In this document: one piece after another, positions 11,765 through 23,942 of the stretch
How positions within the stretch are numbered: the stretch's first letter is position 1
How the letters are laid out: the number at the start of each line of letters is the position of its first letter
Assembly: GCF_006345805.1 (NCBI RefSeq)
Contig: NC_043008.1
Location: 22,568,001 to 22,632,000, forward strand
DNA: 64,000 nt
Direction: 5' to 3'
Origin: Octopus sinensis
Taxonomy: Eukaryota
Position numbers and translations under genes: made by a program
The notes under the pieces: model-generated
What the model was told of the DNA's origin: nothing
The model's input: the letters and a program-made list of their open reading frames with translations, nothing else
Databases searched by the model: none

Positions 11765-12173
11765 CATGTATGTATGCATATATGTGTGTGTGTATACATA
11801 TATGTATATACATATATATAAACATATATATATACACATATATATATGCATGTATATAAATATATACACATATACATATGCATATATATAAATATATACA
11901 CATATACATATGCATTTATATAAATATATACACATATACATATGCATTTATATAAATATATACACATATACATATGCATTTATATAAATATATACACATA
12001 TACATATGCATTTATATAAATATATACACATATACATACATATATATAAATATATACACAATATACATACATATATATATATATATATAATATATCATAC
12101 ATATACATACATATATATACATATATACACCACACATATATTATACTTATATAGATATACATATATACACATA

Positions 12174-12211
<38 letters not shown>

Positions 12212-12558
12212 AATATATAGATATCATATATACACATATACATATTCTATATCATGTATATACATATATATATATATATATATACATATATACACACATA
12301 TATATATACATATATAAGTATACACACACACATACATTATTTAATATGCTATTCATAGGAGGCAGGGTGCAATGTCAATGACCTTTACTGGCCTTCTCAA
12401 GCTCAAACAAAAGTGATGTGGTTGATATATAAGTTCATATGTATACTGCACGCATCTGTGTTTATGCTTAAGCATGCCATTAGTATGCATGCATGAATAA
12501 GCATGTATACATGTATATGTGTAAATGGCATTCTGGATATATATATATATATATATTC

Positions 12559-12589
<31 letters not shown>

Positions 12590-12690
12590 CATACATATAG
12601 ACATATATATATATATATATATACATACATATTAAACATTATATATACATATATATATATACATATATATACATACATATATACATATAC
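11700..12690. repeat. AT-rich simple-repeat field including a 32-bp minisatellite (~11845-12030)
   Basis: (TACA)n and (TA)n; unit ATGCATTTATATAAATATATACACATATACAT. Confidence 0.85.
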
Positions 12691-13510
12691 TACAGCGCAT
12701 AGCCCGCGTTGCCCAGGTATGTAAAGCCCCCTAGTAGGCAACGACTAATCCCAATCTAGTCCTTTCCCCCTAGGGACGAAGGCGCATGTATAGGTTGCAA
12801 TGTCTTCTCTTCACTCAAATACTTCTGTGTATACGATGTTCCTAGCTGTCCCTTGGGCGAAAACATGAAAACATCATGCGCCTCCAGAGAGTTTAAAAGG
12901 TCGAGTTGCGTCCCCTAGACAGTCGTTGGTTTGTGTTTAATACACAAATCGGTTTGCTACGTGTGGTCACATATGATTTAATTAACCGATTTTTTCCAGT
13001 AATAAAGTATCCTATTGGAATAAAAAGGCCATATAGCTCCTGGAGCAGACATGATGGTCGCTGTGAAATTAAAAAAAAATTCCTACCAATTTGTGAAAGA
13101 TATTGTCGAAAATATATCATCTTGAATTTGAAACGCGATTTCCCAAAATGGCATGATTTTAGGATTTTTCTGATGGTAAGGTATTGCATGGAAACTAAAG
13201 TCAGAATTAAGTTTCTTAGGGAACATTAAGCTTCACTATGAGTTTTGGTGAAAATCGATTGCAGTTGCGAAAACTACAACAGAAAATCTGTTGCATAAAG
13301 AAGCTTAGATTCTCGACCCCATGTCGAATTTATCAATTTTTTTCAGAACTGGGAGAACTTTAAAATTTTCGCTGTGTGTTAGTTTTGAATTATGACATTG
13401 GGCTATGTGTGTGTCAAGTTTCATCAGAATCGGTTGAAAGCCGTGGTCAGGGTGAGGGTACAACCTGACAGACACACAGACAGACAAACTACCATTTATA
13501 TATAGAGAGA
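12690..13510 (-). mobile_element. Non-autonomous Helitron-like element (second family)
   Basis: A|TCTCTCTATATATAAATGG 5' end with (GTCT)n; 3' hairpin CCTGGGCAACGCGGG; ends GTAG|T (non-canonical). Confidence 0.65.
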
Positions 13511-13566
13511 TATATACATACAGATATACATATATATATACATATATAAACATACATATATACATA

Positions 13567-13599
<33 letters not shown>

Positions 13600-13630
13600 T
13601 TTCATACATATGTGTCTGTGTGTATATATA

Positions 13631-14181
13631 CGAGGGTGAGTCAAAAAGTAATGCCATTTTGTTTAGGACAGGTATATAATTACCAACATAGGAACATGTA
13701 TCATACATCAAAATGAAGCTGGTCCTCTGTGAATCACACCCTTACTTCTCAACATAGTCACCGTTTCTCTCTATAGCAATGTTCCACCTTTGAATGAGAG
13801 CATGTATCCCTGCCCCGTAAAATTCTGTTGACTGTTCTTTGAGCCACTTCTTCACAACAGTTTTCACTTCCTCATCACTGGAATAATGTTTGCCTCTTAA
13901 ACCCTCTTTCATGGGGTCAAAGAGATAATAGTCCAGTGACGAAGAAGTGAAAACTATAGTGAAGAGGTGACTCAAAGAACAGTCAACAGAATTTTACGGG
14001 GCAGGGATACATGCTCTCATCGAAGATGGAACATGCTATTGAGAGAAACACGGTGACTATGTTGAGTTGTAGGGATGTGATCCACAGAGGACCAGCTTCA
14101 TTTTGATGTATGTCTGTGGTTCTCCTGTGTTGGTAATTATTACCTGTCCTAAACAAAAGGCATTACTTTTTGTTAACCCTC

Positions 14182-14182
<1 letters not shown>
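13631..14182. mobile_element. Mariner-derived fold-back element made of two inverted transposon right ends
   Basis: TA|CGAGGG...CCCTCG|TA. Transposase C-terminus (YLFDPMKEGLRGKHYSSDEEVK...RWNIAIERNGDYVEK) on the minus strand, with its degenerate mirror copy on the plus strand. Confidence 0.85.
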
Positions 14183-14213
<31 letters not shown>

Positions 14214-14217
<4 letters not shown>

Positions 14218-14405
14218 TCATCATCATCGTTAACGTCCGTTCTCCATGCTAGCATGGGTTGGACGGTTCGACCGGGGATCTGGGAAGCCAGAAGGCTGCA
14301 CCAGGCTCCAGTCTTATCTGGCAGTGTTTCTACAGCTGGATGCCCTTCCTAATGCCAACCACTCCATGAGTGTAGTGGGTGCTTTTTACGTGCCACCTGC
14401 ACAGC
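14214..14405 (-). mobile_element. RTE 3'UTR fragment
   Basis: catcatcgttaacgtccgttctccatgctagcatggg...gctggatgcccttcctaatgcc. Confidence 0.85.
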
Positions 14406-14560
14406 ACCCACTACACTCACGATAAATTAGGGTATCAATGAGATACCACCATGCTGAAAATAGCAGCCATGATCTGACTCTAAAACCACCTTAAGTTTTC
14501 ATATAGCAACATGGAGAGAAGACAAAAGACAAGATGAAACTAGTAAAAAATTACTGGATA

Positions 14561-14619
14561 ATTCCAGATCCCGGATTTCTGGCTTTGCATTTAAGAATGC
14601 TTTGCCTCGTCAGTGGAAT
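14561..14619 (-). ncRNA. Type I hammerhead ribozyme-like motif
   Basis: AUUCCA CUGACGA GGC..GCC A GAAA UCCGGG AUC UGGAAU: perfect 6-bp stem I, AUC cleavage triplet, one extra A before GAAA. Confidence 0.65.
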
Positions 14620-14784
14620 ACACACAGAAAGAAACATAAATACATATATATATAAATACAACATACGAATACTTACATATACGAACGTATACATACATAT
14701 ATATGCACGTATTTAAATTATTTAAATTAACGATCTTATCCTTATTTATATAAATTTAAATTTATATATATGAAAGTGATCTTG

Positions 14785-14874
14785 GAATATATTATACAGA
14801 TGGATACTGTATTAGAATATATTATACAGATGGATACTGTATTAGAATATATTATACAGATGGATACTGTATTA
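14785..14874. repeat. Three exact 30-bp tandem units
   Basis: GAATATATTATACAGATGGATACTGTATTA x3, each containing an ATACAG/CTGTAT hairpin. Confidence 0.9.
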
Positions 14875-14899
14875 GCTCTCAGTCAAGTTCCACTTAATG

Positions 14900-15140
14900 G
14901 CTAACCACAACGATCAGTATCTAATGTTTGTGACTACACTTAGTTGTTAGTCACTCCATGACTAACAACTTCAAAAACAAAAACAATAGCTATTCTATCG
15001 ACTGGGAACTAATTAGTACTGCCAACCCTTATCATGTAGAGGGAAACAGATGCAATATATGTGTAGAGAAGTTTTATCAACTATTTACATCGAAACACAC
15101 ATTAATTTATACAAGACATGAACAAGCCCTTAAGGTTTAC
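14900..15140 (+). mobile_element. Penelope-like element relic (C-terminus after the GIY-YIG endonuclease)
   Basis: NKNNSYSIDWELISTANPY...NRCNICVEKFYQLFTSKHTL resembles the PLE motif YSIKWEIL...PY...RCNLC.EEK. Confidence 0.65.
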
Positions 15141-15271
15141 TCAAGCATGGTCTGACCTTTAAGAGATATAAAGGTAATTCTAGATAGCCAACAGCCTAGT
15201 AAGAATTGGGCTTGATATAACAAATAGAGCAACATAACTTAAACATAAAAAATATCTAATAACCTAATAGG

Positions 15272-17000
15272 TGCAGGAGTGGCTGTGTGGTCAGTAACTT
15301 GCTTACCAACCACATGGTCCCTGGGTCAGTTCCACTGCGTGGCACCTTGGGCAAGTGTCTTCTACTATAGCCTCGGGCCGACCAAAGCCTTGTGAGTGGA
15401 TTTGGTAGACGGAAACTGAAAGAAGCCTGTCGTATATGTATGTGCGTGTATATATTTGTGTGTCTGTGTTTGTCCTTCCAACATCACTTGACAAGCGATG
15501 CTGGTGTGTTTACCTCCGGTAACTTGGCAGTTTGGTAAAAGAGACCGATAGAATAAGTACTAGGCTTACAAAGAATAAGCTCTGGGGTCGTTTTGCTCAC
15601 CTAAAGGCGGTGCACCAGCATGGCCACAGTCAAATGACTGAAACAAGTAAAAGAGTAAAAGAATAACCTCATCAATAAAAAAAAAACAAATACTCTACAT
15701 AAATAATGAGCAGCTCAACTGAAAGATGAATATAAACAAACAAGAACTACTACCTTCAATACAAGTAGTACAATCGAAATCCAAAACAACACACACAACC
15801 ATTAAAACAACCAAAGAGACTTATAAAAACAACAATCTTGACCTTGACCTATTCTAAGACCAAACCCTAACTTCAGACAGTGACTGGAGTAAAGTTGAGG
15901 TCAATAAGGCGGCGAGCTGGCAGAAACGTTAGCACGCCAGGCGAAATGCATAGCCGTATTTCGTCTGCCGTTACGTTCTGGGTTCAAATTCCGCCGAGGT
16001 CAACTTTGCCTTTCATCTTTTCGGGGTCGATAAATTAAGTATCAGTTATGCATTAGGGTCGATGTAATCGACTTAATCCGTTTGTCTGTCCTTGTTTGTC
16101 CCTCTCTGTGTTTAGCCCCTTGTGGGTAGTAAAGAAATAAGTATATACATAGGTATATAACAACATCCCTACCTCCCACAAAACACTAACAAACATTCAC
16201 TACAATCAATCTGCTTTGATGATGACCAAATGGACGGACCCTGATGAAGCTGCACCGACAATATTGCACAGTTGCATTTGCAACAGTGAATAGTCACTGC
16301 AGTGCAGACACATACTCTTACTCTCTTTTACTTGTTTCAGTCATTTGACTGCAGCCATGCTGGAGCACCGCCTTTAGTCAAACAACTCGACCCCGGGACT
16401 TATTCATTGTAAGCCCAGTACTTATTCTATCGGTCTCTTTTGCCGAACTGCTAAGTGACGGGGACGTAAACACACCAGCATCGGTTGTCAAGCAATGCTA
16501 GGGGGACAAACACAGACACACATACATATATATATATATATACATATATCTGACAGGCTTCTTTCAGTTTCCGTCTACCAAATCCAATCACAAGGCATTG
16601 GTCGGCCCGGGGCTATAGCAGAAGACACTTGCCCAAGATGCCATGCAGTGGGACTGAACCCAGAACCATGTGGTTGGTTAGCACATATTGATCATTATAT
16701 ATTATTCTTTTATTCTTTTATTTGTTCAAGTCATTTGACTGTGGCCATGCTGTGGCACCGCCTTTAGTCAAGCAAATTAACCCTCATGACTTATTCTTTG
16801 TAAGCCTACTTATTCTATCGGTCTCTTTTGCCGAACCGCTAAGTTACGGGGGACGTAAACATACCAGCATTGGTTGTCAAGCGATGTTGGGGAGACCAAC
16901 ACAGACACACAAATACATACATACATGGGGTCGATTTGCTCGAATATAGGCGGTGCTCCAGCATGGCCACAGTCAAATGGCTGAAACAAGTAAAAGAGTA
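15272..17000. mobile_element. SINE cluster: A(+) 15272-15662, B(+) 15906-16140, A(-) 16315-16682, A partial fold-back 16705-17000
   Basis: Family A and B diagnostic motifs. Confidence 0.85.
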
Positions 17001-17371
17001 AAGGCATAAAGAGTATAGTCCCCTTTGCAATCCACCCATTTCTTCCAGCGGTGTTGCAGTGCTTCGATCCTATTGGTAAAGATCCCACTGGGTCTACAGT
17101 AAAAACCTCTTACATAAGGTACACTTAAGGCACCAAGCAGTGAGATTGAAGCCAAAACCACATGGATTCTAATCACACAGGCAAACTTTAGATATATAGG
17201 CTCTGTAAAGATGTTTTATTAAGCCTTTGGCTTGGAGTAAGAAGCCGTTGACTTCAGACAAACAGTTAGGCACAGAGTTAAGAATAACTGAGACCTGGAT
17301 TTGATACTGAATGGCAGATGCTCACATTAGAGCATGCACACACACAAACACACACATACTCTCTCTCTCTG

Positions 17372-17420
<49 letters not shown>

Positions 17421-17438
17421 ATCACGTGACCGACCAGA

Positions 17439-17473
<35 letters not shown>

Positions 17474-17475
<2 letters not shown>

Positions 17476-17605
17476 TATTTTATAGAAGGAGCTTCTACAG
17501 GACTAGAACTGTTTCATTCAAATGAAATCATCAGGAAGCACTTCCTGATGATTTCATTTGAATGAAACAGTTCTAGTCCTGTAGAAGCTCCTTCTATAAA
17601 ATAAA
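17474..17605. repeat. Perfect palindrome (65-bp arms, 2-nt spacer) with a hammerhead-like motif on each strand
   Basis: CUUC CUGAUGA UUUCAUUUGAAU GAAAC AG..CU GUA GAAG at 17541-17587 (+), mirrored at 17492-17538 (-). Confidence 0.75.
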
Positions 17606-17671
17606 TTAATTTACTCTGCTATGTATTGAGTACCTTATTTACTGTGGTTAACCCCGACTCAACCCGGGACC

Positions 17672-17711
<40 letters not shown>

Positions 17712-17715
<4 letters not shown>

Positions 17716-17998
17716 AAAATACTGAGGGTAGAAATTGATATCAATCAATTAGCATCAATTTAAACCAGTGGTCCAGCATATCAAAAAAAAATTCGAAGAT
17801 TTAAAAATTATATTACAATTAAAAAGAGGAATGACCATTAAAGTGGAATCCTATACACTAGAAATAGACGTTAAATCACCTTACTACAAAAAGTGTGTTC
17901 TCAAGAAAAAAAACCTAGCTAACGCCAAGGCGATTTAACATCTATTTCTAGCATATAGGATTCCACTTTAGTAGTCATTCCTCTTATTAATTGTAATA
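17712..17998 (+). mobile_element. (TA)n-associated repeat family with an internal palindrome (17812-17998); related copies at ~43030-43142 (-) and ~53560-53650 (+)
   Basis: Shared gaggg.agaaatt...atcaatttaaaccagtggtc motif next to (TA)n. Confidence 0.55.
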
Positions 17999-18809
17999 TA
18001 TATATATATATACATCCTCTGTAAAAATTTACTGATATTTACCAGCACAGACATTCACAGACACGCAGACATACACACGCCCACACAATCTCAGTAACAT
18101 TCACTCAACAGAGCACACACATGTACATATTCACATGTACACACACATGTACATATTCACATGTACACACACACACACACACATATACATACATCTATCT
18201 ATCTATCTATATATATATATATATAGAAGTACATGTAAAATATGCAAAGACATGAAAACAAGGCCAGAAAGACACACACACACACACACACACACACAGT
18301 GCACTAACTGCTACCAACACACACATTCACAAACCAAAACACACACACACACACACTCAACACACACACTTGTCTGATACTAGCTAAAAATTAGCCAACA
18401 TATTAGACTGTGTCTGGAATGACAACATGTGTGTGAGTGTGTGTGTGTGTGTGTGTGAGTGTGTGTCTGTGTGTGAGTGTGAGTGTGTGTGAGTGTGTGT
18501 GTGAGTGTGTGAGTGTGTGTGTGTGAGTGTGTGTGTATGTTTGTGAGTGTGTGTGTGTGTGTGAGTGTGTGTGTGTGTGTGCGTGCGTGCGTGCGCACGT
18601 GCACGAGTGCGTTGTATGTAATTGTTTTCCAGGAACACAGGAAGCCGATCCACTCCTAAATTATATCTGACCTGTTGCCTGTTGTTACTGACCTCTCAGC
18701 TGAAGAACAATAACAGTAAACAACAGTACAGCAACTCAAACTGTTAGAAATAGCAGCTAAATATACATGAAATCAAACACATACACACACATCCTAACAT
18801 CTTAAAAAG

Positions 18810-19762
18810 AAGGATGTATTTGGATGAAAGGCAAAGTCGACCACAGTGGAATTTGAACTCAGAATATAAAGACAGATGGAAGGCCACTAAACATTTAATA
18901 CGGGATGTTATTGATTCTACCTATTTACCTATTTCGACCCCAGTGCATAACTGGTACTTAATTTATCGACCCCGAAAGGAGGAAAGGCAAAGTCGACCTT
19001 GGTGGAATTTGAACTCAGAACGTAGTGGCAGACGAAATACCACTAAGCATTTCGCCCGGCACAATAACGTCTCTGCCAGCTCTACCAGTTAACCACTTTT
19101 CTGCTGCCCATCACAATGATTTCAAATTTTGGCAAAAGGCCAGAATTTGAGAGGAATTATGTCGATTACATCGACCCCAGTTTTCAACTGGTACTTATTT
19201 TATCAACTCCGAAAAGATGAAAGGCAAAGTCGACTCTGGCAGTATTTGAACTCAAAACATAAAGACAAATAAAGTGATGTTAAGCATTTTGCCTGGTGTG
19301 CTAACAATTCTGCCCCCTCACCACCTTTCTGCTGCCCATAATAATCCTTTCTACTATAGGCACAAGGCCTGAAATTCTCTTTTCTTTGGGGGAGGGGGGG
19401 CAGTGGTATACAACTGGTATTTAATTTATCAACCCCAAAAGGATGAAAGGCAAAGTTGACCTCAGCAGGATTTGAACTCCAAACGTAAAGACGGACGAAA
19501 TACCTCTAAGCATTTCGCCTGGCGTTCTAATGATTCTTATTTCTTTATTGCCCACAAGGGGCTAAACATAGAGGGGACAAACAAGGAAAAATCAAAGGGA
19601 TTAAGTCAATTACATCAACCCCAGCATGTAACTGGTACTTAATTTATCAACCCCAAAAGGATGAAATGCAAAGTCGACCTCAGCGGAATTTGAACTCAGA
19701 ATGTAACAGCAGACGAAATACCGCTAAGCATTTCACCTGGCATGCTAATGATTCTGCCAGAC
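18810..19762 (-). mobile_element. Cluster of at least five SINE-B and B-variant copies
   Basis: Repeated ggatgaaaggcaaagtcgacc...atttgaactc blocks. Confidence 0.85.
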
Positions 19763-20189
19763 TTTTCTGCTGCCCATAATAATGACAACACATTCAAATC
19801 TCCATTCAAAAATTATAAACAGTACTTTTACCTTTCTTCCCACTGAGGTCAACAGAAAATGGTACCTGTCAGTAATTACTTTCAGACATTTACTTCTTCA
19901 AAGTTAGTGTGCTTTTATATTTGTAAGCTAGATTCACTGCAAGTATCTATAGGGGCTCAAATGACTATTAGCTATAGACTTGGTGCCTAATTGGGTTCTT
20001 GATTTAGCAACAGAGTATGCTTTTTGTTTTTGATAAATAGAAAGCCACACTTTTCCAGTCAAGGTACCGCCTTTTTTGACTTTGAAATAATTGGAAGCTA
20101 AAGTTGGCCCCTGCAAGATTTGTGCTCAGAACCTGAAGAGATAGGTGCATGCCTTACAATTTACTGACAGACTTATGAGACATTTACTT

Positions 20190-20555
20190 ACTGTCTACCA
20201 ACCACATAGTTCCAGGTTCAGTCCCACTGCATGGCACCTTGGGCAAGTGTCTTCTACTATAGCCTCGGGCCGACCAAAGCTTTGTGAGTGGATTTGGTAG
20301 ACGGAAACTGAAAGAAGCCTGTCGTATATATGTATATATATATATATATGCGTGTGTGTGTTTGTCCCCTAGCATTGCTTGACAACCGATGCTGGTGTGT
20401 TTATGTCCCCGTTACTTAGCGGTTCGGCAAAAAGAGACCGATAGAATAAGTACTGGGCTTACAAAAGAATAAGTCCCGGGGTCGAGTTGCTCGATTAAAG
20501 GTGGTGCTCCAGCATGGCCGCAGTCAAATGACTGAAACAAGTAAAAGAGTAAAGA
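20190..20555 (+). mobile_element. SINE-A
   Basis: Family A body and tail. Confidence 0.85.
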
Positions 20556-21469
20556 GTATATCATCTCCTCCCTAAAAATAGTTATTGTAACAGTGTTTAT
20601 CTTTAAAATCACTATAATGGGCTGGAGAAGAACAGCAGAGTCTTGGCATTAAGCAGACTAGAAATAAATCTAAAGCCTGCCCTCGAGATAATATCAGGTA
20701 ACATTATCAGATGTTTTGGTAGCAATTCTGATACTGGATACTTCAAAGAAATGAAACATAGCAAGTCAATAACAGAGCCTCTGAATGGTCACACGAATGA
20801 CAAGAATAGCAGCCATACTGCTCTCCCTCAGCTCATGTCCTAAAAACTACATCTGTCAACTATAATCAAGTATGAGTTGATATTACATAACATATTTCTG
20901 CTAATTGTTTTAGGAGCCTATGTAATTATGAGCAAATACAGACAGCCTCTCGTCCCTCCCGTCTTTGACCTAGCAGAAGATCCAGTGTACAGCGACTGGT
21001 GGGAGAGTGTACTGTGCAAACATCGAGCTGGTACTTTATCAAAAAACTTCAAAAGGATAAAAGGCTATGTTGACCTCGGAGGAGTCTGAACTCAAAGTGC
21101 CGAGAGCCAGTCAGACCTCACAAGAAATTTTGTCCAACACTAATGACTCTTCCAGTCTGCTACCCAGAAATCCCAACTAACCCTAACCTTAATGCTATCA
21201 TCTTAAAAATAAAAAAATAAACAAGGCACACCAAATAATGTCGTTGTAGACATGTGAAAAGACAGGATGGTCATAGCTGGAATGCTTTTGATCATAAGTT
21301 TGTGTGATCTGGATCAATCTGAGGTGAAACAAGGACAACAATAAAATGCCTGCCATAGATTTGAACTCACAACCCTGTGAAATAAATGACTCACTAACAC
21401 TAAACTCATTCAACTGTTTCACCTCTCATGCTTCCCCACTGCTCACTTCAGCCAACATACAGCTTTCAT

Positions 21470-21830
21470 CATCTCCATTTAACGTCTGTCTTCCACATTG
21501 GCATGGGTTGGACAGTTTTATAGGAGATGACAAGGCTATAATCCACACCAGGTTCCCTTGTCTGTTATGGCATGGTTTCTGCAGTTAGAAGCCCTTCCTA
21601 ACACCAACCACTTTACAGAGTATACTGGCTGCTTTTTAATGTGGAACCAGCACCAATGCTTTTTAAGTAACACCAACATCTGTATTTTCTTTATATGTGG
21701 AACCAATATCAGTGCTTCTTATATGGCACCAACACCTGTATTTTTTATATATGGAACAAATACCAGTGCTTTGTATACGGTATCAGCCCCAGTGCTTTTT
21801 ACATGGCACCAACACTATGGTAGTCAGAAT
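21470..21830 (-). mobile_element. Old RTE 3'UTR fragment
   Basis: atttaacgtctgtcttccacattggcatgggttggac...gcccttcctaacaccaacc. Confidence 0.65.
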
Positions 21831-22584
21831 ATATATTAACCCTTCTGGAATCAGCCAGCCTGAAACAGCCTTTGGTTCTATGATACAAATTTTTTGCTTT
21901 AAGGTGATGTAAATTAAAAATTCTATATTCATATCTCAAACACTAATTGATTAAAGATGAATATATTTTAATAAATTCATTATTTTCAAAATTAATTGAA
22001 ACAAAATATTTTTAATCTTTTACTGGTTCCAGTCACTGGATTGTGGTCAGGCTGGGACACTGCCTTGAAAGATTTCCGCTGAACAAATCGCCACCCCCAC
22101 CCCAGTACTCAGGGTTTTTTTTTCTTTTAAATCTAATACTTTTCCTCTCAGTTTCTTTTGTGGAGTGGTTGCACACAAGTTGACATTCCATAACTTCGTT
22201 TGTCACTATTTGGACAAAACAGTTTACATTCCTTGTTGACACTATGACTGCAAGTGCTGCACTTTCAAAGACCAATGGAATAAACATCCCTTATTTGTAA
22301 AACTGGTGAAGAGCTGCTCCCATGAAGTTCCCATCCTAAACGCACTTATTGGTGGTAGTGATAGTGGTAGTGGTGGTAGTGATGGTAATGGCGGTGGCAG
22401 CAGTGGTGGTGGTAGCAGTGGTAGTGTCAGTGGTGGTAATATTGTTTATTATCAACACCACCACTACCATTGCTATCCTAGATAATCAGCTCTGAACTGA
22501 CCTATGTAGCAAACTGGCAGAGTCATTAGAGTCATAAATATACAAACTTTTAATAGTTTCACTATTGAAACTGAAAGCATCTCA

Positions 22585-22856
22585 CATTACAATTGAGATG
22601 TTAATGTTTCACTTTTGACACATAATACTGAAATAGTGTGAGAGATAAGAGATTGCTCTGGACTCACATTAGGCAAGAAGTTGAAAATTTTTTTAGCCCA
22701 TGACACTGCATGGACCCTAAGTAAGAGGCATGTGTAAAATTTGAATGAAATCAGTTGGGTAGTTCTTAAGTTTGTGATGCACACATACAGACAGACAGAC
22801 AGACAGACACACACACACACACACACACACATTCTCAGTTTTATAGATATAGATAT
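22585..22856 (-). mobile_element. Helitron-like 5' fragment
   Basis: ATCTATATCTATAAAACTGAGAATG(TG)n(TCTG)n start, like the other Helitron 5' ends here; no 3' CTAG found. Confidence 0.5.
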
Positions 22857-23479
22857 ATACACACTTACGTTTTCAATTCCATTTTCTTGCTGGTATCACT
22901 AAGTCTCTATGTGCGTTTGTGTGTGTGTCCGTGTGCATTTTTGTGTGCGCATGTGCACGTGTGTTTGCATGGGTATGTGTGTGTGACTGTATTTGTGTCT
23001 GTGTCCGTGTGTATTTTTATGTATGAACAATATTATTATAATGACTGAGGATGGGTAAGAGAAACCAGTCCAGAACACAGGCAAAAGACATAACAACCAA
23101 TGGTTTTTATTTCATATAAATATATATAGAGAGAGAGAGATTATAACATCACTAATTAATACTAATGACTTATATGTTCAGTACAGGACTACAGATTTTT
23201 AGAGGTGGCAGGAAGTATGCAATTAACATGTCATGTCCAGACCAATTACATCACAGCTTCATGGAATCCTATAATCCATCACCATGTAAAATCCAGTTCT
23301 AACCAACTCAGGGCTCACTGGTTGGTGACTTACCCAATTTTTTTATATGTTATCCAATGTGTCCTTTTTTTTAAAGATGATAAGGTGTAGTTTAAGGGAA
23401 ATTTGGCTGCTATATCTAACAGCATTCATAAATTTCTTTGTTCACCTATTCTTGCAAGGATTGATAACATAATTACCAG

Positions 23480-23942
23480 TAATATCTGTGGGGAGGACCA
23501 GTCAGTTGATGCAATCCTTGACTTTGACCCTTGTGTATTTGAACCAGCACCAAATATCCTACTTGTTTAATGTTCATATTAGCCACATCTGGCTTCTCAC
23601 ACCCACCCCACAATGTTATTTTAAAAATAAACAAATCACATCACCAAAATCTCAAGGCTATGAGATAATGCAGGATTAACTTAAAACAATGTGAATAAAT
23701 AAGCATTGTATTTCATGGAGTTATCTGAATGTCAAAGGGTAAACCAGCCACATCAAGCCCAAATATCTGACTTGTTTAATGTTCAAACCAGCTAGATCCT
23801 GCTTCACACGCCCACCCTACAATGTCATTCTAAAAATAAACTGTGACATAATCAAAATCTCAAAGCTACAAGATAACGCATGATCAGATCAAAACAGTGG
23901 ATATATAAGGATTACGTTTGACAGAGTAATCTAAAGGGTTAA
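23480..23942 (-). mobile_element. Two degenerate copies of a TTAACCCTTT-terminated repeat family (also ~59592-59740 and ~60120-60270)
   Basis: Shared aaaacaatgtgaataaataagcatt...aatctaaagggttaa. Confidence 0.45.

Noticed and set aside
14785-14874. CRISPR-like array
   Set aside because: Direct tandem units without spacers, in eukaryotic context with no cas genes.
16228-16285. CTGATGAAGCTGC hammerhead start (similar strings near 3310 and 20130)
   Set aside because: No GAAA and no closing stems; at most a decayed relic.
17415-17432. Tandem CACGTG E-boxes
   Set aside because: Tiny fragment embedded in (TA)n, probably a repeat remnant; no promoter context.
22033-22340. Non-repetitive-looking ORF MFIPLVFES...
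   Set aside because: No recognisable domain or consistent splice sites.
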